Assembly (NCBI GenBank): GCA_043807585.1
Contig: JAZDFV010000013.1
Span: 2,039 to 66,038, forward strand
Length of the DNA: 64,000 nucleotides
Reading direction: 5' to 3'
From: Candidatus Jorgensenbacteria bacterium
GTDB lineage: Bacteria > Patescibacteriota > Minisyncoccia > UBA6257 > GWB1-50-10
Positions 7,712 through 16,581 of this stretch are shown in pieces. The position numbers were made by a program, and so were the translations under genes. Below the pieces are notes generated by a model that worked only from the letters and a program-made list of their open reading frames with translations, did not search any database and was not told where the DNA came from. Each line of letters starts with the position of its first letter. Positions within the stretch are counted from its first letter, which is position 1.

Positions 7712-9765
7712 ACGACTCCGTAACTTCTGTAACCTCATATTCTAATCCCGTACAGACCATAGGTGGCATTACTGGTACGCTCTCGTCATTGACTATTCAC
7801 TTCGCCTCACAAGGCAGTTTAATTATGGTGAAAATGATTGTGAGAGAATATGACACAATGCCCGAGGGTGCGCCTAACGGGTATTCACAGCAGTGGTATC
7901 CTATTTCCGATAATTATATGCGGGATGGGACCTCGGCAACGTTCACTGCTTCGGAATACTCAACGCCGGTAGTTTTCAATCCTGATAAATACTATGCTTT
8001 TATGTTTTATCAAATGGATAGATACCTTCAAGGTTCCGGTTCAGATGTTCTCCAAGGCAAGTTTTATTCAACTGGTACGACGGGTAATACTACGGAAGAT
8101 CCGAATGTGAAGGATATGTATTTCGATCTTCAAGGGGTTTCCCCGGCGCCTCCGGTCGGCGGCATTTCGATAAGTAACTTAGGGCAATTCAAATCTGACG
8201 CGACGAGCACGATTCCGGAAGGCGGCGCGACGACCGAAGGTATGATTGTGTTCGGCGCAACGCTTCAATCATCATCTACAGATCCACTGCAGTTGCAGGT
8301 AGAAGTACAACCGTCGAGTACACCTTTCACGAACCAGCCCACGGCGACAAGCACATTTATTGACCCGGGGGGTTTTGCTACTACGACAGTTACGAATCTG
8401 CCTAACGGCCAGTATCACTGGCAGGCAAGGGCGGTAGACAGCCAAAACAACGTTTCGGAGTGGCAGGAGTTTGGAACGCCAGGAAATATAGATTTTGAAG
8501 TAAGCATGCCTTTATCTACCAAGGCAGTGAATCTTGCAAAACTCGTTATTAACGGGCCATATTTAGGAGACGGCGACACTTTCGGTGGCAAGGGGTGGGA
8601 TCCTGTGCGGGCTGAATATGTAACTTCAAGCCTGATTCTAAGTGGATATCAGTATTGGAATAACAAATTGAGGATCATTGCTTTTGGGGCGGGTCTTGAC
8701 TGTTCTGGATTAGTGCAATGGGCATTTAACCGTTCCTTTGATCCCAAAAAGAGTCTGCTGAAGAATGTGGTTCGTTACGATGGGGCGGATGGGCAGTATA
8801 AAAATAATTCTGAAAACATAGCCGAGGCGGATCTGCGGCCAGCCGATTTATTGTTTCTCGATAAAGATGGTAATGGTGGAAAGGACCATGTTGCGATGTA
8901 TGTGGGAGATAATGGAACATTCGATGTTGTAGAAGCACATTCGCCAGCACGAGGTATCATTACCTCTAACAAAGCTGAGTTTAAGACAAGGGCTGGATTC
9001 ATTGGAAACCAAGGTTTTCGACGAGTAATTGCCAGTCCATCAATAGGAGGTCAAGTTAAAGTTAGCTCTCCAATTGATTTAATTGTGACCGACCCTGATG
9101 GATTTACTATTACACCAACGACGGTGATTCAAACCGACGAGGAGTATCTCCGAGAAGTACCGGGTGAACTTTACTACACGGAAAATGTGCTGGGGATTGA
9201 TGGTCGTCCGGAGGACATAGTTTACTGGCCCGCGCAGAAGATTGGTAATTATAGCATTAAAGTTCTCCCCGAAGCTGACGCTATGCCGACAGAAACTTAC
9301 TCAATGGAATTTACTGTTGGCGAGCAGACGATTGTTTTGGCAGACGATGTTCATTTAGATCAGATACCGTTGGAAGGTTATGGAGTTAACATCGCGAGTA
9401 GTGGTGCAATCAGCACTTTTGTGCCAGTAGCTATTGATATCAAGCCGAACAGTTTTCCTAATAGTATCAATTTAGGTTCCAAAGGCACTACCCCAGTGGC
9501 CATTCTCGGCTCTGCGACACTTGATGTTAAACAAATTGACCCGAACACAATTAAACTCGCAAATGCCCCAATCAAATTAAAGAACAACGGAAAGTTGATG
9601 ACAAGTTATGAGGACGTAAACGGAGATGGCTTTACCGACATGGTCGTTCATATTATTACCGCTGTGCTTCAATTAGCTCCCTCGGATGTGAAAGCGGAGC
9701 TGAGCGGTTTCCTCTTGGATAGAAGAGAAATAAAAGGGTCGGATTCGGTCAAAATTGTGCCATAA
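7612..9765 (+). CDS. Secreted multidomain protein with NlpC/P60 cysteine peptidase domain and beta-sandwich modules (cassette gene A2)
   Basis: Same N-terminus and middle domain as A1. 'DCSGLVQWAF...DHVAMYVG' matches NlpC/P60 Cys/His. PPC-like module 'IDLIVTDPDGFTITPTT...YSIKV'. C-terminal 'IKPNSFPNSINLGSKGTTPVAILGS' module. Confidence 0.6.
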   Translation: MKGLEFWFCFLIVGALLFIIGRVPLAEAAVQQLDDSVTSVTSYSNPVQTIGGITGTLSSLTIHFASQGSLIMVKMIVREYDTMPEGAPNGYSQQWYPISDNYMRDGTSATFTASEYSTPVVFNPDKYYAFMFYQMDRYLQGSGSDVLQGKFYSTGTTGNTTEDPNVKDMYFDLQGVSPAPPVGGISISNLGQFKSDATSTIPEGGATTEGMIVFGATLQSSSTDPLQLQVEVQPSSTPFTNQPTATSTFIDPGGFATTTVTNLPNGQYHWQARAVDSQNNVSEWQEFGTPGNIDFEVSMPLSTKAVNLAKLVINGPYLGDGDTFGGKGWDPVRAEYVTSSLILSGYQYWNNKLRIIAFGAGLDCSGLVQWAFNRSFDPKKSLLKNVVRYDGADGQYKNNSENIAEADLRPADLLFLDKDGNGGKDHVAMYVGDNGTFDVVEAHSPARGIITSNKAEFKTRAGFIGNQGFRRVIASPSIGGQVKVSSPIDLIVTDPDGFTITPTTVIQTDEEYLREVPGELYYTENVLGIDGRPEDIVYWPAQKIGNYSIKVLPEADAMPTETYSMEFTVGEQTIVLADDVHLDQIPLEGYGVNIASSGAISTFVPVAIDIKPNSFPNSINLGSKGTTPVAILGSATLDVKQIDPNTIKLANAPIKLKNNGKLMTSYEDVNGDGFTDMVVHIITAVLQLAPSDVKAELSGFLLDRREIKGSDSVKIVP

Positions 9766-9773
9766 AATCGTTT

Positions 9774-10361
9774 ATGCCCGTCCTTAGTTCAATCCATAAA
9801 AAACTACTCTTCCTGTTTGTTGTTATTGCCCTTGGTCTTATTTCAGTGTGGGTATTTATTAAATACCAACCCGCTCAGAAAGAACTACCGCCGGCACTGA
9901 TTTTAACTTCAACTCCCCAATCGTCGGCGGTTTCAGCCCCAATCTCTACCACCTCAACAAGCATCACGCAAGAAACCAAAACCTATCGCAATGAAAAGTT
10001 TGGTTTTGAATTTCAGTATCCGGGAAACTGGATTGTAAAAGAGAATACTTTTGGAAGTTATTACAGTAAATTTAATCTTGTGGTAAATCCCGAATTAGTG
10101 CGGAGTTCTAATTTTACATTTTCAATCAATATTGTATTGCCAGAGTTTCCTGAACGTAGTTTTCGCAACATAGAAAAAACAACTCCTGAAGTGATTGTTG
10201 ATGGAGTTGTGGGTACCAAATATCAGTATGAGTTTGAAGGTCAGCAGGAAACAGCGATTATATTACCACTCGGAGAATATAGGATGATTTTAGGAAGAGA
10301 TAGTGAACAATATTTGAATGAATTTAATCAAATTATTGCTTCATTCAAGTTTTTGAGTTGA
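9774..10361 (+). CDS. Membrane-anchored hypothetical protein (module shared with C-terminus of 10429..11439)
   Basis: N-terminal TM anchor. 'KTYRNEKFGFEFQYPGNW...YQYEFEGQQETAIILPLGEYRMILG...FNQIIASFKFL' is paralogous to the C-terminal half of 10429..11439. Confidence 0.45.
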   Translation: MPVLSSIHKKLLFLFVVIALGLISVWVFIKYQPAQKELPPALILTSTPQSSAVSAPISTTSTSITQETKTYRNEKFGFEFQYPGNWIVKENTFGSYYSKFNLVVNPELVRSSNFTFSINIVLPEFPERSFRNIEKTTPEVIVDGVVGTKYQYEFEGQQETAIILPLGEYRMILGRDSEQYLNEFNQIIASFKFLS

Positions 10362-10428
10362 TGATGAGTTACGAGAACGTTAACGAAGTTTGATGGAACT
10401 ATAATCAAGGGATCTGATTCTGTTCGGA

Positions 10429-11439
10429 TTGTCCCTTAAAGTTGAATCTATAAACATAGTGAACAAAAAGTTATTAATTACATTAATCGGCATTATCATG
10501 CTTGGTGCTAGCGTTGCGATTGCGGGGTGGTGGATGTTTAGTGGGCGACCTGATCGGAATCAATCAATGCCTTCTGTCCCGCCCACTGCTTCCTCTACTC
10601 CTTCTGCTGGGAGGAATAATATTCTGGGAGTGGGGATGATAACATCTAGTCAAGGCCCTATTGACCTCATCGTGACCGATCCCGATGGATACACTATCAC
10701 GCCAACAACGACCATTCCTTCTGATTTTGAATATCTTCGCCAAATCCCCGGAGTTCTCTATTATTCGGAAATGGAAAAAGGGGCAGATGGCAACCCAATT
10801 GACAGGGTTTATTCCTACACTGCTAAAATCGGTGATTATCTTATAAAAGTGTTACTGGCTTCTAACGCTACTCCGACTTCAACTTATAACCTCAATTTTT
10901 CAGTTGGGGATCAGTCCATAACGCTTGCTCAAAATACACCCGTAAGTCAAATACCGCAGCAAGGATACGGCGTGCGTGTGGCGCCGAATGGTTCGATTTC
11001 GCCTCTACCTTTGGTTCTAACTATTCCGTCTGTTCAAACAGGAAAAGCAGAGGGCATGAAAACATATATAAATACTGAGTTTGGTTTTGAGTTCCAATAC
11101 CCAGCAAATTGGGAGATACGAGAAAACGTTTTTGGGAGTCCGGCAAGTAAATTTAACTTGAATATTGTCCCGAATACCGAACGTTATCTTCCCGATCCGG
11201 TACTGATTAATGTTGTGACTTCTAGTTTTGGTGACCGCGCTTTTCAAGATTTGGAGAATATTACCTCCAAGATAACGGTTGGCGGTATTTCTGGCAAACG
11301 TTACGATTATGAGTTTGAGGGCATGCAAAGAACCTCAATCCTTTTACCGTTCGGCGAGCTTAGGATTATTTTGGGATCTGAGCAACGGTATGAAGATGTT
11401 TTTAATCAAGTTATTTCCTCATTCAAGTTCTTGAAATGA
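10429..11439 (+). CDS. Membrane-anchored hypothetical protein with PPC-like beta-sandwich module
   Basis: N-terminal TM anchor. 'IDLIVTDPDGYTITPTT...YLIKV' is paralogous to A2 residues ~480-590. Confidence 0.45.
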   Translation: MSLKVESINIVNKKLLITLIGIIMLGASVAIAGWWMFSGRPDRNQSMPSVPPTASSTPSAGRNNILGVGMITSSQGPIDLIVTDPDGYTITPTTTIPSDFEYLRQIPGVLYYSEMEKGADGNPIDRVYSYTAKIGDYLIKVLLASNATPTSTYNLNFSVGDQSITLAQNTPVSQIPQQGYGVRVAPNGSISPLPLVLTIPSVQTGKAEGMKTYINTEFGFEFQYPANWEIRENVFGSPASKFNLNIVPNTERYLPDPVLINVVTSSFGDRAFQDLENITSKITVGGISGKRYDYEFEGMQRTSILLPFGELRIILGSEQRYEDVFNQVISSFKFLK

Positions 11440-11639
11440 ATATCAAACCCGGCAGTTTTCCAAATAGCATCAATCTTAATTCAAAAGGCACCACTCCTGT
11501 CGCGATTTTCGGTTCCGCGACGTTCGATGTTAGACAAATTGACTCTACTACGATTAAACTTGCTAACGCCAGCGTAAAATTAAAAGGCAACGGCCAGCCA
11601 ATGAAGAGTTATACGGTTTTGATTTCTTTAAGGAACTAG
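11436..11639 (+). pseudogene. Orphan C-terminal module fragment (67 aa) of the cassette gene A family
   Basis: 'IKPGSFPNSINLNSKGTTPVAIFGSATFDVRQID...KSYTVLISLRN' joins the C-terminal module of A2 to the C-terminal tail of A1. Lacks an N-terminal gene body. Confidence 0.4.
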
Positions 11640-11649
11640 ACATGGCACC

Positions 11650-12735
11650 ATGACCTCATTATTTCGAAGGAGGGTTTTTTTGTTGTTTGTACTGCTCATT
11701 ATCGTGAGTGCGATATTTTGGTTTTACTTACGCTATTTCCGATTTCACACCGCTGACACTTCCCAGGTTCCAGGCAATGCCACCACGACGGAAGAAATTA
11801 ATAAAGTAAAACACGGCCCATGCCTTGCGGATGACGAAATGGTTGAATACGACCGTATAAGCCAACACCTACTTATTACACAACCGAAAGACATGTCGCC
11901 AGTTATTTATGTACGCAATAAAACTACAGGTGAGACGACGGTTAGCTTTCGACTTGATGACGTTATGGTTTTTGGACATCCGATGGAGATACACAATTGT
12001 GGTGTTTACGTTGTAAGAGCTTTCAATTATGACCCGCAAAAAGCTAAGCAAGAAATAGGTTTTCGTGATGAGTTGTGGAAATACGATTATCGGGGAGAGA
12101 AAAAAATGTTGATATTGCTTTCCGAGAAGCCGAAAGAATTCATTGACTATTACGGCCTTGAATTTCGTGTTGCCCCCACAGAAACCTACGTTTCTTTTAT
12201 ACGCGGGTACTTGGGTAAGGCCGACTATGCCATCGTCATTAAAGATTTAAACGCGCTCAGAGATATTTTGACTCTGACAATTGCAGAAATCGAAAAGCGC
12301 AATCCGGATTTAGTGCAGGATATCGCATTCGACGACTGGACCAACGACGGTCGCTACTTCTGGGTCCACACGCATTATGGAGCAAACACTTTGGGTTTCA
12401 TTCGCATAGATATGGAAACAAAAACCTTTGATTTATTTCCTGCGCCGAAAGATGTTCTGGGCGGCGATGCTCTCAATCTTGAAAAGGGATTAATCACGGT
12501 TCATCCAGGCAATGTCTGGTTCGGCATTGCCCAAGTGGAGGAACAGGAAAAAGCCAAGCGGAGAGCACAGAGCATCGGCACCGAACTGTACGTTGAAAAC
12601 CTTTTTACCCACGAGCGCCAGTTTGTGGCGAGCACCGCAGAACCGCTCCACTACTTCAAGCCGAAGTGGATTTCCGACACTGAACTGGAGTATTCCCTGC
12701 CGTCAGGGGAAACGAAGATGTATACAATTCCTTGA
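11650..12735 (+). CDS. Membrane-anchored hypothetical protein (cassette family B, copy 2)
   Basis: Paralog of 6478..7521. Confidence 0.5.
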   Translation: MTSLFRRRVFLLFVLLIIVSAIFWFYLRYFRFHTADTSQVPGNATTTEEINKVKHGPCLADDEMVEYDRISQHLLITQPKDMSPVIYVRNKTTGETTVSFRLDDVMVFGHPMEIHNCGVYVVRAFNYDPQKAKQEIGFRDELWKYDYRGEKKMLILLSEKPKEFIDYYGLEFRVAPTETYVSFIRGYLGKADYAIVIKDLNALRDILTLTIAEIEKRNPDLVQDIAFDDWTNDGRYFWVHTHYGANTLGFIRIDMETKTFDLFPAPKDVLGGDALNLEKGLITVHPGNVWFGIAQVEEQEKAKRRAQSIGTELYVENLFTHERQFVASTAEPLHYFKPKWISDTELEYSLPSGETKMYTIP

Positions 12736-12775
12736 TGAATGGGAGATAGGCAAACCATTGCGCCCAAAACTGGGA

Positions 12776-12847
12776 AACACCGTTCCGGTGGCGAACGACG
12801 TGCTCCTGTGGTACTATGAGCATCGTATAAAAACTGGTAACGGGTAA
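12776..12847 (+). repeat. Repeat R3: diverged displaced mrdA 3'-end remnant with own stop
   Basis: Encodes 'NTVPVANDVLLWYYEHRIKTGNG*', same orientation as mrdA. Confidence 0.7.
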
Positions 12848-12907
12848 GGGGTAATGAGTAACGGGTAAAAGTGAGTTTGAATTTATTTACCCATTACTCT
12901 TTTCCTT

Positions 12908-13393
12908 TTGCCGGTCACCGCTGAGAAAATGCAAGACCATCAAGCATATCTCACCCGCGAGCGCTACGACGAGCTCGCTGTGGAGCTCAGCACGCTCAAA
13001 ACCGCCGGGCGGAAGGGCATCGCGGATCGCCTGAAGCACGCCAAAGATATGGGCGACCTCTCCGAGAACTTCGATTATCAGGAGGCTCGTGAGGAACAGG
13101 TGCTCCTCGAGCAGCGGATCGTGCAGATCGAGGAACTTTTGAAACGCTCCGTTATCATAAAGAAATCGGAGGGAGCGCAGACGGTGCGGATCGGTTCCAG
13201 GGTGACGGTGCAGAAGGATAATGCGGTGCTTGCGTATACCATCGTCGGTTCCAACGAGTCGCAACCCATGTCTGGGTTTATCTCCAACGAGTCGCCGTTG
13301 GGGAGGAGTATCTTGGGGAAAAAAGTGGGCGACACGGTGGCGGTGCGAATCCCCGCCGGCGAGGCGAAGTACCAAATACTCGCCATAGAATAG
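12908..13393 (+). CDS. greA: Transcription elongation factor GreA
   Basis: Coiled-coil N-terminus 'GDLSENFDYQEAREEQ' and FKBP-like C-terminal domain. Start may be the internal Met at 12929. Confidence 0.85.
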   Translation: MPVTAEKMQDHQAYLTRERYDELAVELSTLKTAGRKGIADRLKHAKDMGDLSENFDYQEAREEQVLLEQRIVQIEELLKRSVIIKKSEGAQTVRIGSRVTVQKDNAVLAYTIVGSNESQPMSGFISNESPLGRSILGKKVGDTVAVRIPAGEAKYQILAIE

Positions 13394-13396
13394 CGC

Positions 13397-14842
13397 ATGC
13401 TCCGCGACCTTATAGCCGAACGCAGGCGAAAGCTTGCCACCTACCGCGAGGCGGCTGACCCATACCCGGCTTCGGTGGCGCGCACGGTGACGCTGGGGGA
13501 CCTCACTGCTCGTTTCGGGACATTCGCGCGCGGGAAACGACGGGTGTCGGTGGTAGGCCGAGTGGTTTCATGGCGGGATCAGGGCAAGATCCTTTTCGCC
13601 GGTCTCACCGATGCTACCGGGAAACTCCAGGTGGTGATGACTGCGGAAGCGACCGCTCCCTTCACCGTCTTGAAGCACAGCGTCGATATCGGGGATTTTT
13701 TGGAGGTGCGGGGGCGGGCGTTCACCACCAAGCGCGGGGAGAAAAGCATCCTCGCCGAGCGGGCGCGCCTTCTCTCGAAAAGTGTGCGCCCCGTCCCGAG
13801 CGAATGGTACGGACTCTCGGACATTGAGACCCGGCTCCGGAAACGTTATTTGGACCTCCTCGTAAACCCCGAGGTGCGCGAGCTTTTCGTGAAGAAAGCG
13901 GAGTTCTGGCGGACGATGCGGGGAGTGCTCGTGAAAGACGGATTCCTCGAGGTGGAAACGGGGGCGCTGGAGCCGGTCCCGGGGGGCGCGGATGCGGAAC
14001 CGTTCGTGACCCACATGAACGCCCTTGACCGGGATTTCTATCTGCGCATCTCGCTCGAGCTCCCATTGAAGCGGCTCCTCGTGGGTGGGTATGAGAAAGT
14101 GTTCGAGATCGGGCGCGTGTTCCGCAACGAAGGGATGGATCGCGACCACCTCCAGGACTACACCCAGATGGAGTGCTACGCGGCGTACTGGGACCACCGG
14201 GATATGATGAAATTCGTGGAGCGGCTTTTCCGCGCGGTCGTGAAGCGCACCGTCGGGTCTCTCTCCACGAAGCACGGGGGTAAGGCGGTGGATTGGGGAA
14301 AGGAATGGCCGGTGGTGGATTACTTCGCGGTTTTCAGGAAGGCGACGGGGATTGATCTGGAGAACGCCACGCGCGACGCCCTCCGCCTTGAGGCGGAAAA
14401 GCGGAAACTGGCGCCGGAGCCGCGTGCAGGCCGCGGGCGTCTCATTGACATGATTTTCAAGAAAGCGGTTCGTCCCACGCTTGTGCAGCCCTCGTTCCTC
14501 ACGGGGCACCCGGTGGATATCTCGCCGCTCGCGAAGTCCGATCCGGAGCATCCGAAGAAGACACTTCGTTTCCAGGTAATGGCGGCAGGAATCGAGCTGG
14601 GGAACGGCTGGGCGGAGCTCAATGACCCCGAGGAGCAGCGGCGCCGGTTTGGCGAGCAGATGAAGCTCCGCGCCGCTGGCGACAAAGAGGCTCAGCGGTT
14701 GGACGAGGATTTCGTGGAAGCTTTGGAGTATGGTATGCCGCCCGCCGCCGGATTCGGGCTTTCAGAGCGCTTCTTTGCGGTCCTGATGGATAAACCCATC
14801 CGCGAAACGGTCATGTTCCCGCTTATGAAAGAGGAAAAATAG
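13397..14842 (+). CDS. lysS: Lysyl-tRNA synthetase, class II
   Basis: OB anticodon-binding N-terminus; class II motifs ('FRNEG', 'GIDR'-like) in the catalytic core. Confidence 0.9.
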   Translation: MLRDLIAERRRKLATYREAADPYPASVARTVTLGDLTARFGTFARGKRRVSVVGRVVSWRDQGKILFAGLTDATGKLQVVMTAEATAPFTVLKHSVDIGDFLEVRGRAFTTKRGEKSILAERARLLSKSVRPVPSEWYGLSDIETRLRKRYLDLLVNPEVRELFVKKAEFWRTMRGVLVKDGFLEVETGALEPVPGGADAEPFVTHMNALDRDFYLRISLELPLKRLLVGGYEKVFEIGRVFRNEGMDRDHLQDYTQMECYAAYWDHRDMMKFVERLFRAVVKRTVGSLSTKHGGKAVDWGKEWPVVDYFAVFRKATGIDLENATRDALRLEAEKRKLAPEPRAGRGRLIDMIFKKAVRPTLVQPSFLTGHPVDISPLAKSDPEHPKKTLRFQVMAAGIELGNGWAELNDPEEQRRRFGEQMKLRAAGDKEAQRLDEDFVEALEYGMPPAAGFGLSERFFAVLMDKPIRETVMFPLMKEEK

Positions 14843-14845
14843 AAC

Positions 14846-14890
14846 GATGACCATGACGATGACCATGACCATGACTATAACCATGACGAT
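14846..14890 (+). repeat. (ATGACN)n hexanucleotide tandem array in the lysS-serS spacer
   Basis: gatgaccatgacgatgaccatgaccatgactataaccatgacgat. Confidence 0.8.
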
Positions 14891-16153
14891 ATGCTAGATA
14901 TTAACCTCATCCGGGAACAGCCGGACAAAGTGAAGGAGGGCGTTCAAAAGAAGAACGTCGACCCTAAGATTGTGGACAAATTTTTGCGTTTGGACGAACA
15001 GTGGCGGGCGAAGACCGCCATCCTGGACCAGCTGAAAACGGAGCAAAACCTCCTCTCGAAGGAGCTTTCACATGGCCAGAGCGAGGAGGCGCTCTCCAAA
15101 GCGCAAGTGTTGAAAAATAGGATCACCGGCGTTGCCGCCGAACGCAGCGAGGTGGAGGGAAAGCGGGATGAAGTGCATCACCAACTACCCAATCTTCCCC
15201 TTGCCGACGTGCAGGTGGGAAAGGATGAATCCGGGAACAAGGTGCTCCGCGAGGTTGGGGAAAAACCGACGTTTGATTTTACGCCGAATGATTATCTTTC
15301 CCTCGGAGAGAAATTGGGCATCATCAATGTGAAGAAGGCCAGCGAGGTTTCAGGACCGCGGTTCGGCTACCTCATGGGAGACGCGGTGCTTTTGGAATTC
15401 GCGCTCGTTAAGCTCGCATTTGATACGCTCATTCCGGAAGGGTTCACGCCTGTGATCCCGCCGGTGCTCGTGAAGGAACGCACCATGCGGGCCATGGGTT
15501 ACCTGGACCGCCACGAGGACCGCGACGAGGCGTACTTCTTTGAGAAAGACGGGCTCTACCTCGTGGGGACCTCGGAGCAGTCGCTCGGGCCGCTCCACAT
15601 CGGTGACGTGCTGGAGGAGGCCGAATTGCCGAAGCGCTACGTCGGGTTTTCCAGTTGCTTCCGGCGCGAGGCGGGCTCCTACGGGAAGGACACAAAAGGC
15701 ATTCTCCGCGTCCATCAATTCGACAAGGTGGAAATGTTCAGTTTCTGCAGTCCCGAGCAGTCGCGCGCGGAACACGCCTTCCTCCTCTCAATGGAGGAGA
15801 AGCTCATGCAGGCGCTTGAGATCCCGTACCGCGTGGTGGAGATATGCACGGGGGATTTGGGGAACGTTGCTGCGGCAAAGTTTGACATTGAAGCGTGGTT
15901 CGCGGGCGAGGGCGTGTACCGCGAGACACACTCAACATCCAATTGCACCGATTTCCAGGCGCGCCGCCTCAACGTGAAGTATCGCCCGAAGGAGAAAGGC
16001 GCAAAGCCCCGGTACCTGCATACACTGAACGGCACGGCATTTTCTCAGCGGCCGCTCCTCGCCATCATTGAGAACAACCAGCTCGCTACGGGCACCATTA
16101 AGGTCCCGAAGGCGCTCCAGGGGTACGTGGGGAAGAGGGAGATAGGGGTATAA
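14891..16153 (+). CDS. serS: Seryl-tRNA synthetase
   Basis: N-terminal coiled-coil arm and class II catalytic core with motifs 2/3. Confidence 0.9.
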   Translation: MLDINLIREQPDKVKEGVQKKNVDPKIVDKFLRLDEQWRAKTAILDQLKTEQNLLSKELSHGQSEEALSKAQVLKNRITGVAAERSEVEGKRDEVHHQLPNLPLADVQVGKDESGNKVLREVGEKPTFDFTPNDYLSLGEKLGIINVKKASEVSGPRFGYLMGDAVLLEFALVKLAFDTLIPEGFTPVIPPVLVKERTMRAMGYLDRHEDRDEAYFFEKDGLYLVGTSEQSLGPLHIGDVLEEAELPKRYVGFSSCFRREAGSYGKDTKGILRVHQFDKVEMFSFCSPEQSRAEHAFLLSMEEKLMQALEIPYRVVEICTGDLGNVAAAKFDIEAWFAGEGVYRETHSTSNCTDFQARRLNVKYRPKEKGAKPRYLHTLNGTAFSQRPLLAIIENNQLATGTIKVPKALQGYVGKREIGV

Positions 16154-16363
16154 CAAAACCCATTTCCCGCACTGGCAGTCGTTTCTGCGCAGGCGGGGAA
16201 CTCGGCTTTGAAAGTCCAGCATCAATCTTTGGTCCCGTACAGCAACGTGCGGAGCTTTTTATTTTAAAGCCCGCTCAACAAAACAAATATCCGCCTTGCG
16301 TTTTGTCAGCAACTCTCGGAGCGCCGACCCTGTTTTCTGTTTACCTCAGTTCCTTTTCTTGAT

Positions 16364-16526
16364 GTGAAGCTCCACTGGCTGACCTGCGCTTCGCCGAAGG
16401 CTTCGGCAAGGCGAGCGCCCGTGGCTTCTTTCCATTCGGGGTTCCGTGGAGCGCCTGCCCGCCGAAGCACGGGCGCAGGCGGGGAACCCCGCACCAGTCC
16501 GCCTTAGGCGGACGGTGCGGGGGTAA
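16364..16526 (+). other. Conserved ~165-nt element 'A' (copy 1); structured RNA or small antisense ORF
   Basis: Begins 'gtgaagctccac', ends 'ggtgcgggggtaa'. Highly similar to 31027-31198. Contains a 3' hairpin with compensatory changes between copies. Confidence 0.5.
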
Positions 16527-16528
16527 TT

Positions 16529-16562
16529 GTCCTTTATACCCACGATCGTGGGTATAAAGGAC
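16529..16562. promoter_or_regulatory. Perfect 34-nt palindrome (gtcctttatacccaCGATCGtgggtataaaggac) upstream of PaaX-like gene 1; putative operator
   Basis: Immediately followed by 'tatact' -10-like box and the gene start 20 nt downstream. Near-identical imperfect copy lies downstream at 17234-17267. Confidence 0.55.
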
Positions 16563-16581
16563 ATGTGCTATACTGGGATGG

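Noticed and set aside
13568-14551. 327-aa minus-strand ORF
   Set aside because: Antisense to lysS; no motifs; GC-rich frame artefact.
16364-16526. Element A considered as tmRNA, SRP RNA or tRNA
   Set aside because: No tRNA-like T-arm or acceptor pairing and no tag-peptide frame. It has only a vague resemblance to SRP helix 8 and occurs in two copies next to cassettes.
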